A stretch of DNA of 59,568 bases, the filler included. It is 3 parts of 3 records of this genome, joined end to end, with 100 filler letters (N's around TTAATTAATTAA, not from the genome) between each part and the next. Parts side by side here need not be neighbours in the genome. Positions count along the whole stretch, not along the records: positions 26,079 to 46,894 come from DRR723986_18378; 2 more parts are not named here. One strand, 5' to 3'. The number at the start of each line of letters is the position of its first letter. Within the stretch, counting starts at the first letter, position 1. A program made the translations under genes and the position numbers. The notes under the pieces were generated by a model. The model made no database searches, was not told the origin of the DNA, and was given only the letters and a program-made list of their open reading frames with translations. This document shows positions 36,864-46,138 of the stretch, one piece after another.

Positions 36864-37840
36864 TCGCCCGTTTTTCTGTCCTTTTCGCCGCCGTTGCCAT
36901 TACTGGAGCTGCCCACGCACAAACGCCTCTCGGTCAAGGTCCGGCAACACCCGGCAGCGCGGCCACAACCCCGACGCAGCGGGTTGCTGCGGCCAACTCG
37001 GTTGTCAACTCAACGCTTCCTGTCGGTTCCGTGCCGCAGGCGCAAGCCCAGGCGGCCGGAAACTTCGGTCCCCTCGCCCGCCCAGAAAGCATCGGCGGCC
37101 AGATTCAGGAGGCTTGGTCGCGCCCCGGCAAAAAGCAGGGCATTCACGTCCAGAATTTCTGTGGCGACTGCGTCTACAAGGTGCGCCTCAGGCAATACAT
37201 GGTCAGCGCCATCCAGTTGCCGAAGGGCGTCAAGATCAAGTCGGCCGATATGGGCGACAGTTCCCGTTTTGAGGTCAAGAAGCGGTCGGACAACACGCTT
37301 GCCGTGAAGCCGACCGGGGCCGGTGTCGATAGCTCGATGCTGGTCTACACCGAAGATGGCGACGTGTATTCCTTCTACCTTCGCGCCGAAGGCATCAACT
37401 CGAAGTCCGTTCCCGATGTGTCTTTCCGGATCATTGGTCCGCAGAGCGCAGGAATGTCTTTCGTTGAGTTCGATGGCAAGGGCAACCCTATCGGCGGTGG
37501 CGGGGAAACAGCCCTTGCCACTCACAACTCCAAGGACTTTCTCCAGACAGAAAAATTCGATCCGGGCGCGCTGCGCGGATGGAACCAGTACAAGCTTTGG
37601 GGTGACAAGAAGCTACGGCCCGAGCAGGTCTTCCGGGACGATCATTTCACTTACATTCAGTTCGGCGACAAGTGGAACGACGTGGAATTGCCGACCGCCT
37701 ATGTCGTGGTCGATGGCATTGACGAGCTGGTCAATACCCGCGTCCAGGGCACCACTTTCATTGTTGAGTCCACTCACCGGCTGATCACCCTTAAGTCCGG
37801 CCAGTCCTTCATGTGCATCCAGTACAAGGGGGGCAAGTGA
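36860..37840 (+). CDS. virB9: VirB9/TrbG
   Basis: Signal peptide, MGDSSRF, LAVKP, RPEQVFRDDHFTYIQF and ELVNTRV. Confidence 0.9.
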   Translation: MIARFSVLFAAVAITGAAHAQTPLGQGPATPGSAATTPTQRVAAANSVVNSTLPVGSVPQAQAQAAGNFGPLARPESIGGQIQEAWSRPGKKQGIHVQNFCGDCVYKVRLRQYMVSAIQLPKGVKIKSADMGDSSRFEVKKRSDNTLAVKPTGAGVDSSMLVYTEDGDVYSFYLRAEGINSKSVPDVSFRIIGPQSAGMSFVEFDGKGNPIGGGGETALATHNSKDFLQTEKFDPGALRGWNQYKLWGDKKLRPEQVFRDDHFTYIQFGDKWNDVELPTAYVVVDGIDELVNTRVQGTTFIVESTHRLITLKSGQSFMCIQYKGGK

Positions 37841-37842
37841 GC

Positions 37843-38943
37843 ATGGCCGTCTGCGAGATTCTTTTGGCGCTCGGCCTGACCTTCGGCGGAGCCTGTGAGC
37901 CGGAGCCTGTTCACCCTCGCGGTTTGCCCGCCAGTGACCCGGCAGTCTTCTCTTACGAAAAGCCCGAGCCGCCAAAACCGCCTGTTCGAGCGAAGGTGGT
38001 CACCATGCCCCCGGTGATCATCGAAAAAGAAGTGATCCGGGAAGTCGAAGCACCCCCACCACCACCGAAAGAAGTCATCCGAACCCAAACGATCACAAAA
38101 TACATCGAGCCGCCGAAATCAGTGCCGCGTCAGCCAACCGAATATGAGCTGATGCTGCAAACGGCTCTCAGAGAGCGCGCTGCCATGCAGTCGCAGCTTG
38201 CAGGTGCCGATATCACGGGCGACTTTTCAGACGCCGGTAACCGGCCTGCCCCGATGAATGCGAACCTGCCCGGGTTTCCACCGCCTGAGGGGATCGATCC
38301 GGAGAACGACCGCTATTCAGCCCCGCCGCGCTACTCGACCGGAGCAGTCGATAACACCCGTATTCTGACGGCTGACCGCTACATTACGGGCATTCTGGAA
38401 AGCGGCATCAACAGCCAGCTTGCCGACAACGGTTCTGTTGTCGTTCAGGTGAGCCGGGATGTCTACGGCTATCACGGCCGGACCAAGCTCGTGCCGAAGG
38501 GCTCGCGGATGATCTGCGAATACGCCTCGGTCGATAAGGTCGGTCAGACCCGTGTCGGGTTCTCCTGCAGCCGGATCCTGCTCGGGGAAAGCCGAGCCGA
38601 AATCTATCAGCTCAAGGCTCACATAGGCGACGCACAAGGGTATGCGGGCCTCTCCGGTGAAGTGAATACCCGATTTTGGGAAAAATACGGCTCCGCCATC
38701 CTGACCACCGGCATCGGGACAGCGGTAGAGGCTGCCGTTTCCGGCTCCCAGAAAATCGACAGTTCGAATTCCAACATTGTCGCCAATGGCCTGTCCGGTG
38801 CCAGCGAGAACATTGGAACCATCACTGCGGCCCTCCTGGAGGACACAGTGGATCTCAAGCCAGTCATCCGGATAGCCCAGGGCACCCGCGTACAGGTGCG
38901 CCCGAAGTTTGACTGGTACCTCGCCGACCCTCCCCAAAACTAA
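37843..38943 (+). CDS. virB10: VirB10/TrbI
   Basis: Pro-rich region, ILESGINSQL, VSRDVY, VPKGSR, DAQGYAGL, RFWEKYG and IRIAQGTRV. Confidence 0.92.
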   Translation: MAVCEILLALGLTFGGACEPEPVHPRGLPASDPAVFSYEKPEPPKPPVRAKVVTMPPVIIEKEVIREVEAPPPPPKEVIRTQTITKYIEPPKSVPRQPTEYELMLQTALRERAAMQSQLAGADITGDFSDAGNRPAPMNANLPGFPPPEGIDPENDRYSAPPRYSTGAVDNTRILTADRYITGILESGINSQLADNGSVVVQVSRDVYGYHGRTKLVPKGSRMICEYASVDKVGQTRVGFSCSRILLGESRAEIYQLKAHIGDAQGYAGLSGEVNTRFWEKYGSAILTTGIGTAVEAAVSGSQKIDSSNSNIVANGLSGASENIGTITAALLEDTVDLKPVIRIAQGTRVQVRPKFDWYLADPPQN

Positions 38944-38953
38944 GGAGACTGGA

Positions 38954-41419
38954 ATGCGATACACTAGAATGGTGTCTTGCGGCCTTCTGGCGCTCGTCCT
39001 GGCGTCATCTACCGCACTTTCTCAGGCACAGACAGTGCCGACGATTAACCCCGCCTCGGCCCAGACATCGGGTGCCGGAGAAGGAGGGGTTCTGATTAAG
39101 GAGAACCTCTTTACAGTGTCGCCGGCATTGGAAACGGAACTGTCTAACGACAATGCCGTGCCGGTCCAACTACAGTTCAACGCACAGCCGAACACAACCG
39201 AGGCCGTTGATATAAGCGGGATCACCGCTGAGGGTTTCACCCGCAAAGTCAGCGTCAATGGCGAAGAAATCGCCCAGGTGGTTGTCACACGGCTGAAGAA
39301 AGACGCCGACTTTGTCGATCTGGAAGCCGATAACTTCACCAGCCAGTTCGGTGTTGACAGCAACCGCCTCTTGCCGACGACTGCCATCTCCGTGAATGGA
39401 GATGAGGCCGAGTTTGTTCAGGCAGTCGCCCGGCTTTCTGCGAGCGAAGAGACCAAGCCCGAAGAGGAGCTTGAAGACAAGGAAAACACTGTCGAGGACG
39501 ATACGAGCGTTGACGAGGCCGGTGGCAGTGGCGGGGAAAACCCGGTTGCCGGCGGCTATGAAACCCCGGACCGCCTGGAAGCGGAAAAGGACGAAGATCG
39601 TGAACCGAACGTGACATACAATGTCACGACAGACGGCTGCGAACCGCAGATCGAATTTGTGTCCGGGATCGTGCGTCAGACATCCTTGTCGCAGACGCTG
39701 GAAGACGGTGTTGTTACCGAAACGGATGCCTGCGCTCCCAATGGCGTGGTCTTCCCGATCCAGAAAAACTTTGAAGCCTGCGAAGACATCGTGGATCGGG
39801 ATGGTCTTGTTGCAACCCCGCAATATACGTCCTTCTACAACGACGATCGCGGTGCGCGTTTCGATCTGGCCGCGTGCCAACCTGATGCGTCAATGTTCTA
39901 TGTCATCAATGAGGACTTCGATGCGTGTTCCCCGGATCTGGATTTTGCCGGGGAGGAAGTCACCATGTTCTCGCAGCTCAGCTATCGCGGTCGCGGTGGC
40001 AAGAAGGTGATCGTCAGCGAGTGCGAGGCGTCCGACAAGGTCTTCCAGATGGAACGTGAATACGGCGTTTGCGGTGATTTTGTCGACATGAAGTCAGGTG
40101 TTGCCCAGGCTCAATATTCGCTCTTCTATGTGGACGGCACATCCTCGCGCCACAAGGTCAGCGAGTGTATGCCGGATGCGGACAAGTCCTATGAGATCGT
40201 TGAAAAACAGAACTGCACGTTCGACTTCGATTTTGACCAGGGCATGGCCATCGTCAACACGTCGCTGACCTACCTCAATGAGGACAGCATCGAGGTCTCG
40301 GTGCGCGAATGCGCTCCGTCAGAGACCATGGATCCGATCCAGATGTCGGCAGACACCGGCAACTGCACCATGCGTCATGACTTCGGGGCGGGGACGTCTT
40401 CGGAAATGGCGATGTGGACCTATGTGCATGAAGGTCAGCTCTTTCAGGCGTCCCCGTGCATAACCACGGACACCACCTATACCCACACCAGGGTGTTCGA
40501 AAAGAACGGCATCGACGTCTGCACGCCGATTGTCGATCTGGCGAAGGGCCAGGCCGCACGCCAGTATCGCACGGAAATTACCGTGAACGGTCGGGAAGAG
40601 GTCATTGCCGGCTGTCAGCCTGATGAAGGTGCGATGCTCGGTATCGACGCAACGACGGATGGCTGTGAAGATGTGGCATCGTTCGATCATGATCTGATCG
40701 CAGGCGTGTCCTATGGCCGGGAGCGTTTCTTCTATAACGTTCCCGGTCGTGGCCGGGTCTATGTAACCGGATGCCAGACCAACCAGCAGACCTTCTCACA
40801 TTCGATTGAACCGAATGGCTGGAAATACAACGACGCCAATTTGCGTGCGCTGCAGTTGGTGGACGTTTCGATCAACGTGAACGGCAGCCCTTACACAATC
40901 GCAACATCCTACCTTCAGCCGGGCACATCCGAAATCGCCTACAGCTTCCTCAGGAACCAGGACGATCCGGATTACGCGAAACGGTATTACAGCGGCTGCA
41001 ACGAGATGGTTCCGACCAATCGGACCAAACTCTACACACGTCCGGACAGCACGACCTATTCGGTGTCTTCTGGTGCGGGTGCTGTTTTGAACAACGGCGA
41101 CAAGTGCCAGCGGGTCAATCAGAACCGGCGTGTCGAAAACTGGGGTGTGAAGATCTGGCTCGGTGGTGAGGGAACGATCAAGTTCCGCACGGATTCGGGA
41201 ACCAAGACCTTCACCCTGAAGCGGCACCAGGATGAGCGGCACTACGACATCCGGGGCGGCAATCCGCAGTATCTCAGCTACTCCGGTGGCGGTCGCTGCG
41301 GGATTTACCCGATGCATCAGGATCAGACCAGAACGAAGGTCACCTATCCGGATGGCAAGGTCACCTACACCTCGTGGCAAGGAACCAAGGAAATTCTTGG
41401 GCCCCAACACGGCTGCTGA
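38954..41419 (+). CDS. Large secreted Cys-repeat protein (821 aa), putative T4SS adhesin or mating-pair stabiliser
   Basis: RBS AAGGAG, Sec signal, acidic linker, eight roughly 50-aa repeats with two Cys each, and a distinct basic C-terminal domain. The function is inferred. Confidence 0.85.
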   Translation: MRYTRMVSCGLLALVLASSTALSQAQTVPTINPASAQTSGAGEGGVLIKENLFTVSPALETELSNDNAVPVQLQFNAQPNTTEAVDISGITAEGFTRKVSVNGEEIAQVVVTRLKKDADFVDLEADNFTSQFGVDSNRLLPTTAISVNGDEAEFVQAVARLSASEETKPEEELEDKENTVEDDTSVDEAGGSGGENPVAGGYETPDRLEAEKDEDREPNVTYNVTTDGCEPQIEFVSGIVRQTSLSQTLEDGVVTETDACAPNGVVFPIQKNFEACEDIVDRDGLVATPQYTSFYNDDRGARFDLAACQPDASMFYVINEDFDACSPDLDFAGEEVTMFSQLSYRGRGGKKVIVSECEASDKVFQMEREYGVCGDFVDMKSGVAQAQYSLFYVDGTSSRHKVSECMPDADKSYEIVEKQNCTFDFDFDQGMAIVNTSLTYLNEDSIEVSVRECAPSETMDPIQMSADTGNCTMRHDFGAGTSSEMAMWTYVHEGQLFQASPCITTDTTYTHTRVFEKNGIDVCTPIVDLAKGQAARQYRTEITVNGREEVIAGCQPDEGAMLGIDATTDGCEDVASFDHDLIAGVSYGRERFFYNVPGRGRVYVTGCQTNQQTFSHSIEPNGWKYNDANLRALQLVDVSINVNGSPYTIATSYLQPGTSEIAYSFLRNQDDPDYAKRYYSGCNEMVPTNRTKLYTRPDSTTYSVSSGAGAVLNNGDKCQRVNQNRRVENWGVKIWLGGEGTIKFRTDSGTKTFTLKRHQDERHYDIRGGNPQYLSYSGGGRCGIYPMHQDQTRTKVTYPDGKVTYTSWQGTKEILGPQHGC

Positions 41420-41502
41420 TCCCCAGTCAGCCTGACTGGCAGGGGCTTGTTGCCCCTGCCCTTGTCCCATTCCCCCAGTTCCAGTTTCGAGAGGCCGAAC
41501 CC

Positions 41503-42459
41503 ATGTCTCAGGTTCTGTTGCAAAAAATCCTTGATCCACTTTCCAGGCACTATGCCGCGTCTGATGTTGTCGAAGTCCGGACCAAGGCACCGGGCAAGCT
41601 GATCGTGGAACGTCGCGATCTCGACAACCGCATTGCCGAAGTCGATGAACCGGCTTTGACCCTGCATCGGATCAAGACCATCTGCCGGGCCTTGGCGAAT
41701 ATGAAGGGCCTGGAATTTGACCCCACATCCAAACCGCAGCTTTCAACGGTTCTGCCGGGTGGTCACCGCTTTGAGTGCCTGATCGGAAATTCGGTTGTCT
41801 CCGGTCTGTCGCTGGCGATCCGTTGCAAACATCCTCACAAGATCTCGCTGGAAGACATGGGTCTGTCCGCCGGTATGATCGACTATCTCAAATCGGCCCT
41901 CGATCAGCAGCGCAACATTGCAATCTCCGGATCAACCAATACCGGCAAGACCACGCTGCTCAACAATCTCCTGTCTTATCTGCCTGATAACCGGCGCGTC
42001 GTCAGTGCGGAAGATACTCCCGAACTGGAAGTCAGCAGGTTCTATAACGGAGTGTCCTTGCTGGCAGCGCGTGATACCGCGCAAGGCGCAGGCCTTAGGA
42101 CCTGGCAGCAGCTCTACGATCACAAGATGCGTATCTCTCCGGACAATATCCTGTTCGGGGAAATCTCCACTCAAAACGCCTTCGCCGCGCTCAACGTTCT
42201 GAACACCGGCGCGCGCGGTTGGATGTGCACCGTGCACGCTGAAAGTGCCGAGCTGGTCCCTGCACGTTTCCAGGAGAACATAAACGCGGCCGGTCAGACC
42301 TTGCCCGACGCAGAGACGTTCATGCACCGTCTTGTCGATCTGGTGATCCACATCAAGCGCGACCCACGGGGTGGGCGTTTTATATCGGATATTTATGAGA
42401 TGAAGATGGGTCGCTATGTGCTGCGCGACCGCGAGCCGGTAAGTGCCGAGGCTGCGTGA
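41503..42459 (+). CDS. virB11: VirB11 ATPase
   Basis: ISGSTNTGKTT, SAEDTPEL, RISPDNILFGEI and NTG...TVHA; ATG at 41503 after GAGAGG. Confidence 0.93.
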   Translation: MSQVLLQKILDPLSRHYAASDVVEVRTKAPGKLIVERRDLDNRIAEVDEPALTLHRIKTICRALANMKGLEFDPTSKPQLSTVLPGGHRFECLIGNSVVSGLSLAIRCKHPHKISLEDMGLSAGMIDYLKSALDQQRNIAISGSTNTGKTTLLNNLLSYLPDNRRVVSAEDTPELEVSRFYNGVSLLAARDTAQGAGLRTWQQLYDHKMRISPDNILFGEISTQNAFAALNVLNTGARGWMCTVHAESAELVPARFQENINAAGQTLPDAETFMHRLVDLVIHIKRDPRGGRFISDIYEMKMGRYVLRDREPVSAEAA

Positions 42460-42462
42460 TCA

Positions 42463-44331
42463 GTGATGCATCTGATGCGCTTGTTTGCCGTGCTGGCCTT
42501 TAGTGCTCTCGTCGGCGGGACGCTGACCGGCTGGCACTTCACCCTCGGTTTTAATCCCCTTCAGCCCGATTGGTGGAAGTGGCTCAGAGCCTTCTGGCTT
42601 GAGACTGGCAGCTTCCCACCTGAAATTTTGCGCCCCGCTTATGGTGGCCTAGCGTCGTTTGTCGCCTTGATGTTCGTTGGTGCCATTGTCGCTTCTGGTG
42701 CCAGGTCAGAAACGATCTTTGGCGGCCGAAAGCAGAAGGACATTCACGGCACAGCTCGTTGGGCGGATACTCGGGACGTGAAAGAAAGTGGCCTTCTGTC
42801 GGAAACCGGCGTCGTCGTTGGCGGCTGGCCGATGCGGCGAGGCGTCAGGATGCTTCGTCATGACGGCCCGGAGCACGTTTTAGCCTTTGCCCCGACCCGA
42901 TCAGGTAAGGGTGTCGGCCTGGTTTTGCCCACTCTGCTCTCCTGGGAGGAGTCTGCGCTCGTCCTTGATATCAAGGGTGAGAACTACTCTCTGACTGCCG
43001 GTTGGCGTGCTTCCCAAGGGCAGAGAATTTTTCGCTTCGATCCCGCGGCAGACAGGGGCTCCGTCAAATACAATCCACTTGCAGAAATCCGGATCGGGAC
43101 CGATCACGAGATTGCCGACTGCCAGAACATCGCCATCATGATCATCGATCCGGACGGCACAGGCCTGAAGGATTTCTGGATGCAGGAAGGCTACGGCTGG
43201 CTCTGCACCGCGATCCTGCATGTCCTTTACCGGATCAAAAAATCCGAAAACCGCACCGCGACACTCGCAGACGTGCGCGCCTTCATGTCGATCGGTGAGG
43301 ACGAGGAGCCAGAGTCCATCAGCGAACAGGCCGTCGCAGCGGCGGCAAAAGCCGCGTTCGGCCAGAAGGAGGATGAGCCAGATGGTGAGGAAGACGACAG
43401 TTTCGACCGGCTCTTGAAGGACATGGAGCGCTATGAACATGGACGCGAAGTCGTCAATGACGAAGTGCGCCTTGGTGCGGCTCGTATGCGCAAGCGATCC
43501 AGCAACGAGCGCTCCGGCGTTCACTCGACCGGTACGTCTCAGCTTGCGCTTTACAGCGACCCGATTGTGGCCCGCAACATATCGGAATCCGATTTCCGCA
43601 TCACCGACCTGATGAACGGTGACAAGCCGGCAACCCTTTATATCGTCATACCGCCTTCTGACATTGCCCGGCTGCGGCCCCTGGTGCGGATCCTGCTCAA
43701 CCAGTTCCTCACCCGTCTTACCTCTCATATGGCGTTCGAGGGCGGCCGGTCCGTCAAGCATTATCAATTCCGCATGCTGTTGATGCTCGACGAGTTTACC
43801 TCTGTCGGCAAGCTGGAGATTTTTGAAAAGGCGATTGCTTTCATGGCGGGCTATGGCCTCAAAGCCTTTGTTATCGTTCAGGACCTTACGCAGCTTCAGA
43901 AGGTTTACGGCCGCGAACAATCGATTGTTTCCAACTGCCATGTCCGGATCGCCTATGCGCCGAACACGATGGAAACTGCCCGGGTTCTGTCGGACATGGC
44001 CGGCAAGACCACGCTGGTTCAGAAAAAGACTTCAGCCAGCCACACCACCGGGAAAATCGGGACGAACTATTCCGAAACATTGATGGAGGTGGCCCGTCCG
44101 CTTCTGACACCGGACGAATGCATGTCGTTGCCGGGGATCCAGGTGGGTGCCGGTGGCAAGGTCACCCGCGCTGGTGACATGCTGATATTTGTGGCCGGGC
44201 GTTCTGCCATCTACGGCCGCCAGGTTCTCTATTTCCAGAACGAAGATCTGCAGGCCCGGGCGAAGATCCCGATCGCCTCGCCCACTTCCATTCCTTCTCT
44301 CCCGCCGACCAACAGAAAGGCTTCCTCATGA
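42463..44331 (+). CDS. virD4: Type IV coupling protein VirD4/TraG
   Basis: Two N-terminal TMs, HGTARWA, APTRSGKGVG, LDIKGEN, MLDEF and RPLLTPDE. Confidence 0.95.
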   Translation: MMHLMRLFAVLAFSALVGGTLTGWHFTLGFNPLQPDWWKWLRAFWLETGSFPPEILRPAYGGLASFVALMFVGAIVASGARSETIFGGRKQKDIHGTARWADTRDVKESGLLSETGVVVGGWPMRRGVRMLRHDGPEHVLAFAPTRSGKGVGLVLPTLLSWEESALVLDIKGENYSLTAGWRASQGQRIFRFDPAADRGSVKYNPLAEIRIGTDHEIADCQNIAIMIIDPDGTGLKDFWMQEGYGWLCTAILHVLYRIKKSENRTATLADVRAFMSIGEDEEPESISEQAVAAAAKAAFGQKEDEPDGEEDDSFDRLLKDMERYEHGREVVNDEVRLGAARMRKRSSNERSGVHSTGTSQLALYSDPIVARNISESDFRITDLMNGDKPATLYIVIPPSDIARLRPLVRILLNQFLTRLTSHMAFEGGRSVKHYQFRMLLMLDEFTSVGKLEIFEKAIAFMAGYGLKAFVIVQDLTQLQKVYGREQSIVSNCHVRIAYAPNTMETARVLSDMAGKTTLVQKKTSASHTTGKIGTNYSETLMEVARPLLTPDECMSLPGIQVGAGGKVTRAGDMLIFVAGRSAIYGRQVLYFQNEDLQARAKIPIASPTSIPSLPPTNRKASS

Positions 44332-44528
44332 AGATCAGCAAAGCCGTCGAAATCCTTCTCATGATCCATGAGGAGTTTGGTGATCTGGAAATTTCGGGAG
44401 GAGCGCTTACTGACGAAACGCCGCTCAGGCACGTCACCGTCATCGACACGGAAGGGCGCGAACTTTGGCCCTGCGATCCACTGCCTGTGTCCAGACAACG
44501 CCAGATAAATGGCGTCTTCCTGGACTGA
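44328..44528 (+). CDS. Small hypothetical protein
   Basis: 66 aa, ATGA overlap with the virD4 stop. Confidence 0.5.
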   Translation: MKISKAVEILLMIHEEFGDLEISGGALTDETPLRHVTVIDTEGRELWPCDPLPVSRQRQINGVFLD

Positions 44529-44585
44529 CCATCCGCGTTTTCCGTTTGAGCCGATTTCCATTCCGAACCCATGGAGCTTTTAATC

Positions 44586-45809
44586 ATGGCCGACACCAAA
44601 CCTATCGAAAAGACCTACTTGTCCGTTCCATATGAGCAGCGTGAAGCCGCGAAGGCTGCCGGTGCGCTCTGGGACAAAAAAGCCAAGGCGTGGTTCGCCA
44701 GGGGCACCGAGGTTCCAGATGGTCTGAAACAGTTTCTGCAAGTGAACCGAGTAGAGCCTTCGCGCGAGGATCCACGCACAGCTTTTGGAAAATTCCTGCG
44801 AGACAACGGCGCGGAGTTGCAAGGCCTTCCGGATATGGACGGCAAGTGGCACCGCATCGCACTCGCCGGCGACGGCAAGGAAACCAACGCCAGCTATCGC
44901 GGGTTTCTGGATGGTGTTCCCAACGGCCAGTTCAAAAACTTCAAGGGCGATGATGTTCCCTTGCAGTGGACTGACACAGGAGACGCGTTCACTTCGGAAG
45001 AGAAGCAACGCCTTGTTGCCGAGGCCGCACAAAACCGGGGGAACCGCGAGCATGAGCGGGCCAAGAAACAGGAAACGACTGCCAAACGGGCTTTTGGAAT
45101 CTGGACCAACCTGAAATCCTGGGCCACGCCGGAAAACTGCCCTTACCTTGCCCGGAAGAATGTTCGCGGTTACGGCGTGAAAGTGGCCGACGATGGCCGC
45201 ATGGTCGTGCCGCTGCGCGACGAAACCGGCCGCATCTGGTCGCTGCAGTTTGTCGGTGAGAACAAGATCTACCTGAAAGACGGCCGTAAGGATGGGCTCT
45301 ATCACACTATTGATCCAAACAAGGCTCTGGAGAAGGATCGTGAGAAAGACAATGCGCTGACGGTCATCATCGGAGAAGGCTATGCGACCGGTGCAGATGT
45401 TCACAAAGCGACGAGCTTGCCGACCTTTGTCGCATTCGACGGTGACAACCTGGTGACGACAGCCAAGGCCGTTCGCGAGAAATATCCCACCGCCAACATT
45501 CTGATTGCGGCAGATGATGATCATCATTTGCCTCTCAGGTCTCCGCCCTTGCCCAACAAGGGCTTGAAGTGCGCGCATCGGGCTGCGGAGGCGGTTGGAG
45601 GCAAGGTGCTTGCCCCGAGTTTTACGCCTGCGGAAAAGGATCGTGGCGCGACCGACTGGAACGATCTGAAACAGCTTCGCGGTGAAAAGGGCCTGCTCAC
45701 GGCCCTCAGAGGTTCCTTTGCACAAATGCAGCGGGAACATGCGTGTGGCAAGGGTAAGGACAAAGACCAGAGCAAAGGTATGGGGCGTCAGCTGGAGAGG
45801 TCCCGGTGA
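44586..45809 (+). CDS. traC: DUF5710 + Toprim plasmid primase (TraC-like)
   Basis: YLSVPYEQREAAKAAGALWD (DUF5710), PYLARK, WSLQF, GEGYATG, AADDD and TDWNDL. Confidence 0.88.
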   Translation: MADTKPIEKTYLSVPYEQREAAKAAGALWDKKAKAWFARGTEVPDGLKQFLQVNRVEPSREDPRTAFGKFLRDNGAELQGLPDMDGKWHRIALAGDGKETNASYRGFLDGVPNGQFKNFKGDDVPLQWTDTGDAFTSEEKQRLVAEAAQNRGNREHERAKKQETTAKRAFGIWTNLKSWATPENCPYLARKNVRGYGVKVADDGRMVVPLRDETGRIWSLQFVGENKIYLKDGRKDGLYHTIDPNKALEKDREKDNALTVIIGEGYATGADVHKATSLPTFVAFDGDNLVTTAKAVREKYPTANILIAADDDHHLPLRSPPLPNKGLKCAHRAAEAVGGKVLAPSFTPAEKDRGATDWNDLKQLRGEKGLLTALRGSFAQMQREHACGKGKDKDQSKGMGRQLERSR

Positions 45810-46138
45810 AGAAACCAAGGCGCATCCAGCTCATCACTTACCTGGCCCCGGATATTCATGAGCGGATTGCCGCTCATGCGAAACGGACAAACATGTCTGT
45901 TTCCAAGGTGGCCGAGCGTATCCTTCAGTCCGGAAAATACCCCGACCTGTCGCTTGAACGATCAGTTCTGCAGCTCCTTGAAGTCAATGCTGACCAAGCT
46001 CGTTTAGGCAACCTGTTGCTGAAAGGAATGAATGAGACTGCCGACGGCCATGTGGTTCGACAGATGCAATCGCTACTGCGCGAAGTTCGCCAGACGCAGC
46101 AACAGATCAAGGCTTGTGTTGCGGAGCTAAAGCCGTGA
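45806..46138 (+). CDS. Ribbon-helix-helix relaxosome accessory protein (TraJ/MobC-like)
   Basis: IQLITYL...IAAHAKRTNMSVS RHH pattern and NADQARLGNLL resembling IncP TraJ; precedes the relaxase. Confidence 0.75.
   Translation: MKKPRRIQLITYLAPDIHERIAAHAKRTNMSVSKVAERILQSGKYPDLSLERSVLQLLEVNADQARLGNLLLKGMNETADGHVVRQMQSLLREVRQTQQQIKACVAELKP

Noticed and set aside
38954-41500. Shufflon or DGR acting on the Cys-repeat protein tip
   Set aside because: No recombinase, reverse transcriptase, alternative C-terminal cassettes or template repeat are visible on the contig.
44580-45818. 412-aa antisense ORF over the primase (likewise 42901-43941, 35910-36851, 57952-59361)
   Set aside because: Typical stop-poor antisense frames of GC-rich genes, with no motifs.
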